The notes beneath the pieces were generated by a model. It saw only the letters and a list, made by a program, of their open reading frames with translations. It made no database searches and was not told the DNA's origin. 64,000 bases of DNA from Thermostichus sp. DRC_bins_24 (GTDB lineage Bacteria; Cyanobacteriota; Cyanobacteriia; Thermostichales; Thermostichaceae): NCBI GenBank assembly GCA_039794845.1, contig JAUQVK010000006.1, positions 11,105 to 75,104 on the forward strand, given 5' to 3'. The stretch's first letter is position 1; every line of letters starts with the position of its first letter. A program made the position numbers and the translations under genes. Shown one piece after another: positions 49,940 to 60,208 of the stretch.

Positions 49940-51343
49940 ATGTTTAAGCGTACTACACTGATCCTGTTGGGTTTGGCCGTGGCCTGCATCCTCGGCTATT
50001 TCCTCTTGGACAATGCCCAACAACTGCGCCAACAAGCCGAAGCCGAGCGGGCAAAACTTTTCCATTTCCAAACCGATGCCATTGCCCGCATCGAAATTCG
50101 CCAAAATCGCCCCGATGAGCCAGAAGAGCTAATTTTAGAGCGGGTTGCGGACACAGATCCCCCCGAGTGGAACATTCTCAGCCCCATTCAGTCGACGGCC
50201 CTGGACTTTCCCATCTCCAGCCTGTTGGTGACCTTCTCCCGCCTCACCCCGGAAATCACGATCGAGGGATCCCTGGATAACCCTGAGGGCTTGGCTGCCT
50301 TTGGTCTGGACACCCCCAAACATCAGATCACCCTCATCCCCCAAGAAGGGGATCCCTATCGGCTTTCAATTGGCAACGACAACTTTGACGGCTCCGGTTT
50401 TTATGCCCAAGCCGACGGTGGGGAGGTGGTGTTGATCGCCAGTGCCCAAAAGGGATCCCTGTTGCCTTCACTGCTGGCCCTGCGGGATAAAACTCTGCTC
50501 AGCTTCGATTCGGCTGATGTGGAATCCTTCCAGGTGCGGCTGGCGGAGGCGGATCCCGAGCAATTTCAGATTGAGCGGCAGGGCGGTGGCTGGCGGATTG
50601 TCCAGCCAGAGGTGCTACCTGCGGATGATGTCAATGTGAACCGTCTCCTCAATACCTTGGCCCGTCTGCAAGCGGTGGAGTTCCCCGCCGAGACCCAAGC
50701 GGAGTTGGCCCCCTATGGCTTGGATAAGCCCTCTGCTCAGTTCACGATTCACCTGGCTCCCACTGCCGGTACAGACTCCGATCCAGAACCGATCACCGTT
50801 GCGCTCGGCTCGGAAAGCAATGGACAAGTGTATGTGATCACCTCGCAAAATCCGGCAGTGGCCACCCTGCTCACCAGCACGGCGGATATTCTGCGCTCCG
50901 ATCTCGAAGATCTGCGGGATCACCGCATTGCCCGCCTCAATGCCAACCAAATTGAAGAGATCATCCTCGAATCGGAAGGGGAGCAGATGGTTTTGCAACC
51001 GTTGCCCGCTGAGGGCGGATCCCCCGGCATTCGTTGGGAAAAATCTGATCAACCGGGTCAGGCAGTGGAACTGAGTATGATCTTTTCCACCCTTAACTCC
51101 ACCCGAGCCAGCGAATTTCGACCGGCGGGTGATCCGGATGCTCAAAAAGCCTTAGAGGACCCTGCCCTGCGGCTGACCTTTCGGCCAAAACCGGATTCTG
51201 GACAGGATCCCCTCACCTTGAGCTTGGCCCCTTCGGGGTTACGGGCTTATGTGCAGAGCAGCCATCAACCGGATATCGCCGTGATCGATCTGAGCACCTT
51301 CAACACCCTGGAAACAGAAGTGAATTCATTGCTTGAGGATTGA
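49940..51343 (+). CDS. DUF4340-like membrane-anchored protein
   Basis: N-terminal anchor; repeated W.I..P...L..(F/Y)GLD.P units; follows the gldG-like gene. Confidence 0.75.
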   Translation: MFKRTTLILLGLAVACILGYFLLDNAQQLRQQAEAERAKLFHFQTDAIARIEIRQNRPDEPEELILERVADTDPPEWNILSPIQSTALDFPISSLLVTFSRLTPEITIEGSLDNPEGLAAFGLDTPKHQITLIPQEGDPYRLSIGNDNFDGSGFYAQADGGEVVLIASAQKGSLLPSLLALRDKTLLSFDSADVESFQVRLAEADPEQFQIERQGGGWRIVQPEVLPADDVNVNRLLNTLARLQAVEFPAETQAELAPYGLDKPSAQFTIHLAPTAGTDSDPEPITVALGSESNGQVYVITSQNPAVATLLTSTADILRSDLEDLRDHRIARLNANQIEEIILESEGEQMVLQPLPAEGGSPGIRWEKSDQPGQAVELSMIFSTLNSTRASEFRPAGDPDAQKALEDPALRLTFRPKPDSGQDPLTLSLAPSGLRAYVQSSHQPDIAVIDLSTFNTLETEVNSLLED

Positions 51344-51363
51344 CGCGAGCCGTTGGCCTATTC

Positions 51364-51891
51364 TTAGCCGGCCGTCGCCATCTCGGCCGCGGGGGCAGCC
51401 GCTTTCTTCTTGGTTTCCCCCTGTACCGTCAACACCGAGCAGGGGGCGTGGTGCAACACGTAGTTGCTGACGCTGCCCATGAACAGCTCGCTCAAACCGG
51501 AGTGGCCACGGCGACCCACCACCACCAAGTCTGCCCCCCAAGAGCGGGCCAGATCACAGATCACCCGACCCGGATTGCCGTAGTTAAGGCTAAATTCGGC
51601 GTGGATCCCGTGGGCAGCGGCTTCATCGGTGAGCGAACGCAAGTAATCCAGCTGGTTTTGCTCGAAGATGGCACATTGCTCCCGATAGGATTGCCACAAC
51701 TCGGTGCTGATGGTGGAGCTGTAGTCGACCCCCAGGATCATCGGCGGTTCTGGGGCTCCAGGCTCCTCGTGAGAGAGGACATGCAACACCATCATGGTGG
51801 CTTGCATGGCTTCCGCCAATTGGATCGCTCTTTGGAAGACCATGTTGCTCAATTCCGACCGATCCAGGGCCACCAAAATCCTGCTGTACAT
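51364..51891 (-). CDS. Universal stress protein
   Basis: YSRILVALD, ADLVVVGRRG..GL....MGSVSNYV.HHAPCSVL. Confidence 0.93.
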   Translation of the reverse strand: MYSRILVALDRSELSNMVFQRAIQLAEAMQATMMVLHVLSHEEPGAPEPPMILGVDYSSTISTELWQSYREQCAIFEQNQLDYLRSLTDEAAAHGIHAEFSLNYGNPGRVICDLARSWGADLVVVGRRGHSGLSELFMGSVSNYVLHHAPCSVLTVQGETKKKAAAPAAEMATAG

Positions 51892-52103
51892 ATCGGCTTC
51901 CTCCAGGTTGTCAACAGCCGAGCAAGGGATGGAGATGAGATCTGATGCGTTCCTTAAATTCAATTTGGGGGTTCCACTCAAAATCCCTCTCTTCCTTGCC
52001 TCCTATCTGCGTTGTAGAAGATCTGCGTGAGGAAATCGTGAACATTCCCTATCCAGCACCGGATCGGTAACCAAAGTTCAAGGAACTTGACACAAGCCCA
52101 GAC

Positions 52104-52835
52104 TCATTCATCCGCCTGCTGAGCCACAGATTCCAACAGCGCCTGAAGTGCCCGGGCTTGTTCCTGCCAAACCCGGTGGAGGGGTGTGCCCCGCAAGACT
52201 TCTAGGGTCAAGGTGGGGATCCCGCGTTCCCAACCGGCCCATGTGCCCAAAGAGCCGGGTGTGGGGTAACCGATGTCGTCGGTGACCGGCAACCCGTTGT
52301 GAGCAGCCATCACCTCTGCCAGCTCTAGCGCGGGGCCATTGTAGTTGACACAAGGATGCTTCTCGCAAGAGTGGGCGGAGAGAATCAGTTGCGGTTGAAT
52401 CCGGGCCAAACCCGCCAGCAACACCTGCGTTTCCGGCTCGGATCCTGGCGCGGATCCCGGTGGGTAACGGGTTTCTAAGGGGGTCGGGATCCAGTCTTGG
52501 GTGGGCATGTTGCGGTTGAGATCCACCCCGTTGGCATTCACCCGCTGCCCTGCTGCACAGCCATCGGGATTCAGGCGGGGGATTACCCACAGGGTTGCCT
52601 TTCCCGCCAGGGATCCCCACAGCCCCGAGGTCACATACCGCTCGATCAGGTCGTACCCTTCTACCTCATTGCCGTGTACCCCTCCGATCAGGAGCAGGGA
52701 AGGGATCCCTTGGGTCAGTTGCCAAAGGTGGATGGGCCGCCCCTGTACCGAATAGCCGAGAACTTCCTGACGGGGCAACTCGCTTTCTGCCGTACGATTC
52801 ACCCTGGGCCAATCCTTGTTGTTCTCAATCCCCAT
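52104..52835 (-). CDS. mpaA: Murein peptide amidase A-like M14 zinc carboxypeptidase
   Basis: GGVHGNE, NPDG, RVNANGVDLNRN, SEPET, GYPTPGSLG, TLE. Confidence 0.8.
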   Translation of the reverse strand: MGIENNKDWPRVNRTAESELPRQEVLGYSVQGRPIHLWQLTQGIPSLLLIGGVHGNEVEGYDLIERYVTSGLWGSLAGKATLWVIPRLNPDGCAAGQRVNANGVDLNRNMPTQDWIPTPLETRYPPGSAPGSEPETQVLLAGLARIQPQLILSAHSCEKHPCVNYNGPALELAEVMAAHNGLPVTDDIGYPTPGSLGTWAGWERGIPTLTLEVLRGTPLHRVWQEQARALQALLESVAQQADE

Positions 52836-52961
52836 GGGCGGTACGAGTGCCGGTGGGTAGCTCCACCACTTGTTCCCTCAACCCCGGGGATAACAAAAGG
52901 ACTTGGATCTTTTGGGCATTGATGCTGAGTTCTTGCGGCATGGGCTGAAATCACGCAAAAG

Positions 52962-53369
52962 CTAAAACGGGATTTCGTCCGGTTCGGGTGGAGCAAACGT
53001 AGAAGCAGAAGCAGGTTTGGCGGGTTCGGCTGTTGAGAACTCGCTCATCCCCGTCAAAGAGAGTACCGGACCGGATCCCAGTTGGTAGATGCGCCGTGCG
53101 GTGATCTCCGCCAGCTTCTCCTTGCGTCCGTCCCGCTCCACCAGGTTCATGTGCAGTTGCCCCTCTATCGTCACCTGGTCCCCCACATGGCAAGTTTCCA
53201 CCACCTTTTGCGCAAGCTCCCCAAACGAGGAAACTCGCACCTGATAGGCTGGCTCATCCGGACGCAAACTGGGAAAACTCACCAGCAGCGAGGTGACGGC
53301 CAAGTTGTCGGGAGTGTAGCGAAGCTCCGGTTCAGTCAGCACCTCACCGATTAAGACGATTGAGTTCAT
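52962..53369 (-). CDS. ssb: Single-stranded DNA-binding protein
   Basis: PELRYT, GDQVTIEGQL, acidic DEIPF C-terminus. Confidence 0.9.
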   Translation of the reverse strand: MNSIVLIGEVLTEPELRYTPDNLAVTSLLVSFPSLRPDEPAYQVRVSSFGELAQKVVETCHVGDQVTIEGQLHMNLVERDGRKEKLAEITARRIYQLGSGPVLSLTGMSEFSTAEPAKPASASTFAPPEPDEIPF

Positions 53370-53437
53370 AACAGGGCTAACAGGGTATGGAAGGGCAGCT
53401 CAAAGCACCTACATCATGACCACAGTCTGGGATCCCG

Positions 53438-53734
53438 TCAAACCCAATCGGAGCGGGTTGTCATGTAGCGCAACACATTCTCATTCAGGCGCAAATCTTT
53501 CTCCCAAGTGGCTACTGCGCTGGGCTCGGCTTCGTAGTTCATGTGGATGTACAGACCTTCTTTGAAGCCCTTCATCTCAAACCCGGCAAAGCGGCGCTTC
53601 CCTTTGTTGGTGGTTTCCAAATTGGCGGCTCCATTTTCTCGCAGGATTGCCTCCTGACTGTTGAGCAGCTGCTCGAGGGGTTCATCCGACACATCAGGGC
53701 GCAGAATCAGCATCGTTTCATAAGCACGGGGCAT
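53438..53734 (-). CDS. rpsF: 30S ribosomal protein S6
   Basis: [16 protein letters not shown]....[10 protein letters not shown]. Confidence 0.92.
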   Translation of the reverse strand: MPRAYETMLILRPDVSDEPLEQLLNSQEAILRENGAANLETTNKGKRRFAGFEMKGFKEGLYIHMNYEAEPSAVATWEKDLRLNENVLRYMTTRSDWV

Positions 53735-53983
53735 GGAAGCGAGTTCTCCTTGAGAGTTTGTACAGAGTAGAGATGCAGTTGATCATCCTAACTTTTCTAT
53801 CTGGTGACCGAAAAGGCTATCGTTTCAGAAATGCACGGGATCCACCCGATTCACGACAGCAGATCCAAGGAAGGCTCCCCACAAGAGCGGATCCGTTGTC
53901 CGATAGAATAAGAGTTGCTTCAATGGCCGCCAGATAGCTCGGCCAAGGCACTCTTAACGATATTCATATCCAAGGTTCCAAGC

Positions 53984-54226
53984 ATGAGCGCAGATGACGT
54001 TTACAGCCGTGTTCGCAAGATCGTATCGGAGCAACTGGGGGTGGAAGACAACAAGGTGACCCTGGAAGCCAATTTCCAGAACGACCTGGGGGCCGACAGC
54101 CTCGATACGGTGGAACTGGTCATGGCCTTTGAAGAGGAATTTGACCTGGAAATCCCCGACGAGGACGCCGAAGGCATTGCCACGGTGCGGGATGCCGTCG
54201 ATTACATCTCCAAGAAGGCTGCCTAA
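53984..54226 (+). CDS. acpP: Acyl carrier protein
   Basis: [20 protein letters not shown]. Confidence 0.97.
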   Translation: MSADDVYSRVRKIVSEQLGVEDNKVTLEANFQNDLGADSLDTVELVMAFEEEFDLEIPDEDAEGIATVRDAVDYISKKAA

Positions 54227-54285
54227 CCCGCGGGATCTTCACCTCTGCAGGTATGTTGGCCCAATTCTGACCGGATGGTTGTTTT

Positions 54286-55623
54286 ATGGATCCCGAAACT
54301 GCGCCCATGCCCACTCAGTCAACTCCCCATCGTGCGGAGCACGACCCGGAGGGTTATCGTGCGGAGCACGACCCGGAGGGTCGTCGCCGTGTTGTCATCA
54401 CGGGACTGGGTGCGCTGACCCCGATCGGCAACTCCCCCACCGAGTTTTGGCAGGGGTTGCTGGCGGGGCGGTCTGGCATTGGGCCGATCACCCTTTTCGA
54501 TGCCTCTCACCACGATTGCCGCATTGCAGGGGAAGTGAAGGGATTTAATCCCCTCGACTATCTGGATCGCAAGGATGTCAAGCGCAACGACCGCTTCGTG
54601 CATCTGGCGCTGGCGGCAACTCAGCAAGCCCTTGAAGATGCCCGCTTCCAGATCACCGATCTCAACGCCGAGCAGGTGGGGGTGATTTTGGGTACCGGCA
54701 TCGGTGGCATTCGCGTTCTTGAGGAGCAACAGACGATCTACCTGCAAAAAGGGCCGGATCGCTGTAGCCCGTTCATGGTGCCAATGATGATCGCCAATAT
54801 GGCTGCCGGTCAGTTGGCCATCCACTTCGGGGCCAAAGGCCCCAACTCTTGCACGGTCACGGCTTGCGCCTCTGGCTCCAATGCAATTGGGGATGCCTTC
54901 CGGCTGATCCAGCGGGGGGATGTGCAGGCGGTGATCACGGGCGGTACGGAAGCGGCGGTCACCCCTCTATCGATGGCGGGGTTTGCCTCCATGAAGGCTC
55001 TTTCCACCCGCAATGAGGCCCCAGAGCAAGCCTGTCGCCCCTTTGATCGGGATCGGGATGGCTTTGTCATGGGAGAGGGAGCCGGGATCCTGCTCTTGGA
55101 GGAGTTGGAACATGCTCGCGCCCGTGGGGCGAACATTTACGCCGAGATCATCGGCTACGGCCTCACCTGCGATGCCCACCACATGACCAACCCCGCCCCC
55201 GGCGGAGAGGGCGCCGCCCGAGCGATGCGTCTGGCCCTCAAGGATGCTGGGATCCCGGCGCAGGCGGTGCAGTACATCAACGCCCATGCCACCAGCACCG
55301 GAGTGGGGGATATTGCAGAGGTCCAGGCGATCAAATCGGTGTTTGGGGAGCATGCCCACGCCTTGGCCATCAGTGCCACCAAGTCCATGACCGGGCACCT
55401 ACTGGGGGGATCCGGCGGCATTGCCACCATTGCTACCGCCCTGGCGGTTCACCACGGTTGGGCCCCTCCCACGATCAACCTGGAGAATCCGGATCCCGAA
55501 TGTGATCTCGATTTTGTCCCCCATCAGGCGCGTCAAATGCCTTTGCAAGTGGCTTTGGTCAATGCCTTTGGCTTTGGCGGGCACAATGTCTCTCTGGTGC
55601 TGCGGCACTATCCCCATTCCTAA
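54286..55623 (+). CDS. fabF: Beta-ketoacyl-ACP synthase II
   Basis: RRVVITGLG, TACASG, INAHATST, KSMTGHLLG, NAFGFGGHN. Confidence 0.96.
   Translation: MDPETAPMPTQSTPHRAEHDPEGYRAEHDPEGRRRVVITGLGALTPIGNSPTEFWQGLLAGRSGIGPITLFDASHHDCRIAGEVKGFNPLDYLDRKDVKRNDRFVHLALAATQQALEDARFQITDLNAEQVGVILGTGIGGIRVLEEQQTIYLQKGPDRCSPFMVPMMIANMAAGQLAIHFGAKGPNSCTVTACASGSNAIGDAFRLIQRGDVQAVITGGTEAAVTPLSMAGFASMKALSTRNEAPEQACRPFDRDRDGFVMGEGAGILLLEELEHARARGANIYAEIIGYGLTCDAHHMTNPAPGGEGAARAMRLALKDAGIPAQAVQYINAHATSTGVGDIAEVQAIKSVFGEHAHALAISATKSMTGHLLGGSGGIATIATALAVHHGWAPPTINLENPDPECDLDFVPHQARQMPLQVALVNAFGFGGHNVSLVLRHYPHS
54329..54381 (+). repeat. 27-bp-period tandem duplication in the fabF 5' end
   Basis: ATCGTGCGGAGCACGACCCGGAGGGT 2x, encoding RAEHDPEG twice. 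Confidence 0.9.
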
Positions 55624-55635
55624 CTTCTCAGCTTT

Positions 55636-55902
55636 ATGTCTTCCGATGCTTCTCCTGAGTTGATCCGTCAGCAGGCCCTGGCCGCCCTCACCAGCGAACT
55701 GACCAAGCAGGGGCATCCGGCGCAATATGCCCAACACATGGCAGCAGCGGTGATCTTCCAAGCGGATTTGGATCTGTGTGCGGCACAACTGGCGCGTCTG
55801 CTCAGTTGGCTGAAGCAAAACCACCCTGAGGCCTACCCTGAAGCTGTGCAACTGGTGGATGCCACCCGCGATGAGTTTGAGCGGCGCGTTCAGAACGGCT
55901 AG
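55636..55902 (+). CDS. Hypothetical protein
   Basis: 88-aa helical ORF immediately after fabF. Confidence 0.6.
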   Translation: MSSDASPELIRQQALAALTSELTKQGHPAQYAQHMAAAVIFQADLDLCAAQLARLLSWLKQNHPEAYPEAVQLVDATRDEFERRVQNG

Positions 55903-55959
55903 AACGCTAGGATGAGGGAGCGCTCGCCCGAGAGCTCCGGCCGTTGATCAGGGTTGATC

Positions 55960-58458
55960 ATGAAAGACAGCACAATGCCCATCCTCGATGAAGTGGCCAT
56001 ACTCCGGGATCCGGTTGAGCAGGATCAGCCTGCCGCCACAGCGGGATCCCTTTTGTTGGATGTGGGGGGCATGAGTTGCGCCGGGTGTGTCCGGGCTGTG
56101 GAGCAGGAACTGTTGAAACAGCCCGGGGTGGTCAAGGCCAGCGTTAACTTGATCACCGAGTCGGCCTTGGTGGAGTTCGCGGCAGGGATCAGGCCCGACC
56201 CCGATCGGTTGGCAGAAGTCTTAACAGAAGCCGGGTTCCCCAGCCGCCCCCGTCTGCCCATAGACGAGACCGAGATCGGGACCGAGATCGGGATCCCTGC
56301 CGATCCCGTGGCCTGGCAACGGCAGCAGACCCAACAGCAAATTCGCCAAGTGTTGACGGCTGCCTTGTTGCTGGTGCTCTCCGGGGCGGGACATCTCAAC
56401 CTGTTTGCCCGCATCGGTTTGCCGATCCTCAACGATGTCTGGCTGCACTGGGGGTTGGCCACCCTGACGTTTATCGGCCCGGCACGAGAGATTGTCTGGG
56501 AGGGCTGGAAAGGGGCACGACGACTGGCCCCCAATATGAACACGCTGGTGGCGCTGGGATCCGGATCGGCCTATGTCGCCAGTTTGGTGGGGTTATTGGC
56601 ACCCCAGGTGGGCTGGGAATGCTTTTTCGATGAGCCCGTGATGTTGCTTAGCTTTATTTTGCTGGGGCGGGCCCTGGAACAACACAGCCGTATGCGGGCC
56701 GCTAGCAGTCTGCAAGCCTTGGTGCAGTTGCGCCCAAGTTTGGCTCGGCGAGTCCGGGGATCCCTGCCGGTCGGATCGGGGCCTGAACCGGCTGAACCGG
56801 AGTTATCAGAAGGTGAGGACTGGTGCCCAATTGAGCGGGTGCAAGCCGGGGATTGGCTACAGGTTCGGGCCGGAGAGCAGATCCCGGTGGATGGCGAGGT
56901 GATCGCGGGGCAGGCAACGGTCAACGAAGCGATGTTAACCGGGGAACCGTTGCCCGTCCTGAAGCAGCCAGGGGATCCCGTTGTGGCCGGTACCCTGAAC
57001 CAGTCGGGGTTATTGGTCTGTCGGGCCACTCGCACCGGCAAAGATACCACCCTTGCCCAAATCATCGCCCTGGTGGAAGAAGCCCAAGCTCGCAAAGCCC
57101 CAATCCAGGGGATTGCCGACACCGTGGCGGGCTACTTTACCTATGGCGTCGTGACGCTGGCCCTGCTCACCTTCGGCTTTTGGTACTGGGTGGGGATCCC
57201 GCTCTGGGGCAGCGATGTGCTGACGGGGCAGAGTCTGCATCTGGGTGTGCACCTGCTGGCCGGTGACCATATCCCTCACCCCACTCCCTTGCTCAACAGC
57301 CTCAAGTTGGCAATTGCCGTTTTGGTGGTGGCCTGCCCTTGTGCTTTGGGGTTGGCCACCCCGACGGCCATTTTGGTGGGTACCGGCCTGGGGGCGGAGC
57401 GGGGCCTGTTGATTCGGGGGGGAGATGTGTTGGAAAAGGCGCATCACCTGCACACGTTGGTGTTCGACAAAACGGGCACCCTCACCCAAGGGGATCCCCA
57501 CCTGACCGATTGTTTGAGCTTGGAGGGATCCCTGGAGCCCGACCGACTGCTGCAACTGGCCGCCACTGTCGAAAGTGGCACCCGTCACCCTCTGGCAGCG
57601 GCCATTTTACGGGAAGCCCGGGATCAGAAGTTGCCGCTGCTTTCCGCCACCGAATTTCAAACAGAGCCGGGGTTGGGGGCTGTCGCTCAGGTCGAAGGGC
57701 AACGGGTGATGCTGGGATCCCTACAGTGGTTGGAAACCTTGGGGATCCCGATCTCCACGGAGGCCCAAGCCCAGACTGATGGGCTACTCAGGGCAGGCAA
57801 GACCGTGGTGGGAATTGTTCTAGAAAACGCTTTGGTCGGGCTGATTGCTGCCCAAGATCAACTGCGCCCCGATGCGCAGCCGACGCTGCGACAACTGCAG
57901 CAGATGGGCCTACGGGTAATGCTCCTCACGGGCGACCGAGCCGAGGTGGCCGAACAGGTGATTCGGTCTCTGAACTTGTCGGGGATCCGTGTGATTGCCG
58001 ATGTGCATCCGGCGGCCAAGGCAGAGGTGATCCGAGAGTTACAAGCCCAAGGAAACAAAGTAGGCATGGTGGGAGATGGCATTAACGATGCCCCCGCCCT
58101 AGCACAGGCGGATGTGGGTATTTCGCTGCACTCGGCTACGGATGTGGCGATTGAAACTGCCGATATCATTCTGATGCGCAACCGCCTTTGGGATGTGGTA
58201 GAGGCCATTCGCCTCAGCTCCGCCACCTTCAACAAAATCCGGCAAAACCTGGTGTGGGCTTTTGGGTACAACCTGTTGGGGATCCCTGTGGCGGCGGGTG
58301 TGCTCTTGCCCAAGTTCGGCATTGTGCTCAGCCCGGCCATGGCCGGCGGATTGATGGCCTTTAGTTCCGTCAGTGTTGTTCTGAATTCGCTGCTACTCCG
58401 ACGAACCTTTTCGGAAAGCGATCCCCATCAAGCTCAACAAGATCCTAAGAATCCATGA
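55960..58458 (+). CDS. Cu(+)-transporting P1B-type ATPase (CtaA/PacS-like)
   Basis: [30 protein letters not shown]...MAFSS. Confidence 0.95.
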   Translation: MKDSTMPILDEVAILRDPVEQDQPAATAGSLLLDVGGMSCAGCVRAVEQELLKQPGVVKASVNLITESALVEFAAGIRPDPDRLAEVLTEAGFPSRPRLPIDETEIGTEIGIPADPVAWQRQQTQQQIRQVLTAALLLVLSGAGHLNLFARIGLPILNDVWLHWGLATLTFIGPAREIVWEGWKGARRLAPNMNTLVALGSGSAYVASLVGLLAPQVGWECFFDEPVMLLSFILLGRALEQHSRMRAASSLQALVQLRPSLARRVRGSLPVGSGPEPAEPELSEGEDWCPIERVQAGDWLQVRAGEQIPVDGEVIAGQATVNEAMLTGEPLPVLKQPGDPVVAGTLNQSGLLVCRATRTGKDTTLAQIIALVEEAQARKAPIQGIADTVAGYFTYGVVTLALLTFGFWYWVGIPLWGSDVLTGQSLHLGVHLLAGDHIPHPTPLLNSLKLAIAVLVVACPCALGLATPTAILVGTGLGAERGLLIRGGDVLEKAHHLHTLVFDKTGTLTQGDPHLTDCLSLEGSLEPDRLLQLAATVESGTRHPLAAAILREARDQKLPLLSATEFQTEPGLGAVAQVEGQRVMLGSLQWLETLGIPISTEAQAQTDGLLRAGKTVVGIVLENALVGLIAAQDQLRPDAQPTLRQLQQMGLRVMLLTGDRAEVAEQVIRSLNLSGIRVIADVHPAAKAEVIRELQAQGNKVGMVGDGINDAPALAQADVGISLHSATDVAIETADIILMRNRLWDVVEAIRLSSATFNKIRQNLVWAFGYNLLGIPVAAGVLLPKFGIVLSPAMAGGLMAFSSVSVVLNSLLLRRTFSESDPHQAQQDPKNP

Positions 58459-58638
58459 CGACAGTGGATAGGGCGGGCGTTCCCTCATCGAGACAGAGAT
58501 TCAGAGATTAGCAGCCGAAAATTGACACTCCCCTAGAACTTCTGCCGGCTAACTGTCAAAGCCGATGAACCGGCCTGGATCTGATGGATAATAGAGTGCC
58601 CAGCGTTGCGGGCCAACGGATTGTCTGGGATCCCTGCT

Positions 58639-59250
58639 GTGTTGTTATTGGATCGCTCCCCCCTCACCTTTTCCCCCGATGAAGCGCGGGAGAGATTGCT
58701 CTATTTGCTCACCCAATTGGCTTACCGCGAGGGATCCTTCACCCTCACCTCCGGGCGACAGAGCGACTACTACATCAACTGCAAGCCCGTTACCTTGCAT
58801 CCACAGGGGGCTTATCTGGTGGGATCCCTGTTACACCGGTTGTTGCCCCCCGAAACCGAAGCGATCGCCGGCATGACCTTGGGGGCCGACCCGATTTTGA
58901 CCGCGGTTGGTTTGGCCTCTCTACAGGGTGAACCTGCGAACCTGCCCGCCCTCATCGTGCGCAAACAGGCCAAAGGGCACGGCACCCAAGCTTGGATCGA
59001 AGGGCCAGAACTCCCCCCAGGAAGTCGCGTTTGGGTTTTGGAGGATGTGGTCACCACCGGTGGCTCCGCCCTGAAAGCCGTGGAGCGCGTCCGCGAGGTC
59101 GGCTACCGGGTGGAAGGGATCCTCACCTTGGTGGATCGTTTGGAGGGGGCAGAGGCTTGCTACCAAGAGGCCGGGATCCCCTTTCGGCGCTTGCTCACCA
59201 TTGCGGAAATCCGTGCCTATTACCGGGCTCGGCACACCCCGGAGCGTTGA
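58639..59250 (+). CDS. pyrE: Orotate phosphoribosyltransferase
   Basis: FTLTSGRQSDYY, RKQAKGHG, LEDVVTTGGS; start uncertain. Confidence 0.94.
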   Translation: MLLLDRSPLTFSPDEARERLLYLLTQLAYREGSFTLTSGRQSDYYINCKPVTLHPQGAYLVGSLLHRLLPPETEAIAGMTLGADPILTAVGLASLQGEPANLPALIVRKQAKGHGTQAWIEGPELPPGSRVWVLEDVVTTGGSALKAVERVREVGYRVEGILTLVDRLEGAEACYQEAGIPFRRLLTIAEIRAYYRARHTPER

Positions 59251-59345
59251 GTGTGCCAAAAGTCCCTGTTGGAGTAGAAGGAGCAGCCTGCGTAGGATAG
59301 CAATCACCCACAACACCGTTGAGCACCCAGGAAGTTGCAGACCCC

Positions 59346-59975
59346 ATGACACAGGCCCTTGAACAACGCACCTATACCCGCGAAGAACATTTGGAATTTG
59401 AAATGGCCTCGGAAGAACGCCATGAATATGTCAACGGAGCCATTCGACTCATGACGGGAGGCACACCAGACCACAACGAATTGGCAATTAATCTTGCAAC
59501 TCTGCTCAAATCTGCTTTACGAGGCAAGCCCTACCGGATTTTCGGAGCCGATCAACGATTATGGATTCCCAACCGCAATCTTTACACCTATCCCGATCTG
59601 ATGGTTGTCGAAAAACCCTTACAGCTTCAAACTGGGCGTGCCGACACCGTGACCAATCCCTGCTTTATTGCTGAGGTGCTATCCAAATCAACCCAAGATT
59701 ATGACCATGGCGAAAAGTTTTCTGCTTACCGCACTATCGCAAGCTTCCGTGAATACCTCCTCATTGAGGAGTACAGCATTCACGTAGAACACTACGTCAA
59801 AACCACTACGAATCAATGGCTGCTATCAGAATATGATGATCCAGCTATTACGTTGTCTTTGAGTACGTTTGCAGCTCAATTCAAAATCATTGCCCTCTAT
59901 GAAAACATTGAGATTAGCCTTACTGGTGTCCCTGATGCCCCGCAGGCAAGTAATCTAAAGGTATCTTTTGATTGA
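59346..59975 (+). CDS. Uma2-family (PDDEXK) endonuclease-like protein
   Basis: RHEYVNG..M.GGTP.H, YPD.MV, EVLSKST..YD.GEKF..YR.I....EY; lower GC than flanks. Confidence 0.9.
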   Translation: MTQALEQRTYTREEHLEFEMASEERHEYVNGAIRLMTGGTPDHNELAINLATLLKSALRGKPYRIFGADQRLWIPNRNLYTYPDLMVVEKPLQLQTGRADTVTNPCFIAEVLSKSTQDYDHGEKFSAYRTIASFREYLLIEEYSIHVEHYVKTTTNQWLLSEYDDPAITLSLSTFAAQFKIIALYENIEISLTGVPDAPQASNLKVSFD

Positions 59976-60020
59976 TCCAATGGGAACAGACTAGAGAAAA
60001 GGCTATATTCTTGAGCAAGC

Positions 60021-60176
60021 TACAGCCCTTGCGCGGGTTTTCTACGGCAGGGATTGTGCTTCCTGGGCTCTCCAGAGCTTAGAACTCAACCTCCATAGTT
60101 GTTACACGTGACTAGCGGTGCCCTATGGGCCGCCATGGGCGAACGCGCCAGCGTGCCCTAGGCGTAAAGGGCTGTA
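60021..60176 (+). mobile_element. MITE-like element, copy B
   Basis: Starts TACAGCCCTT and ends AAGGGCTGTA (perfect 10-bp inverted repeat including TA); second copy at 27306-27462. Confidence 0.8.
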
Positions 60177-60208
60177 AAGAGGGTGAATATGCTGCAAAGA
60201 GGGTGAAT

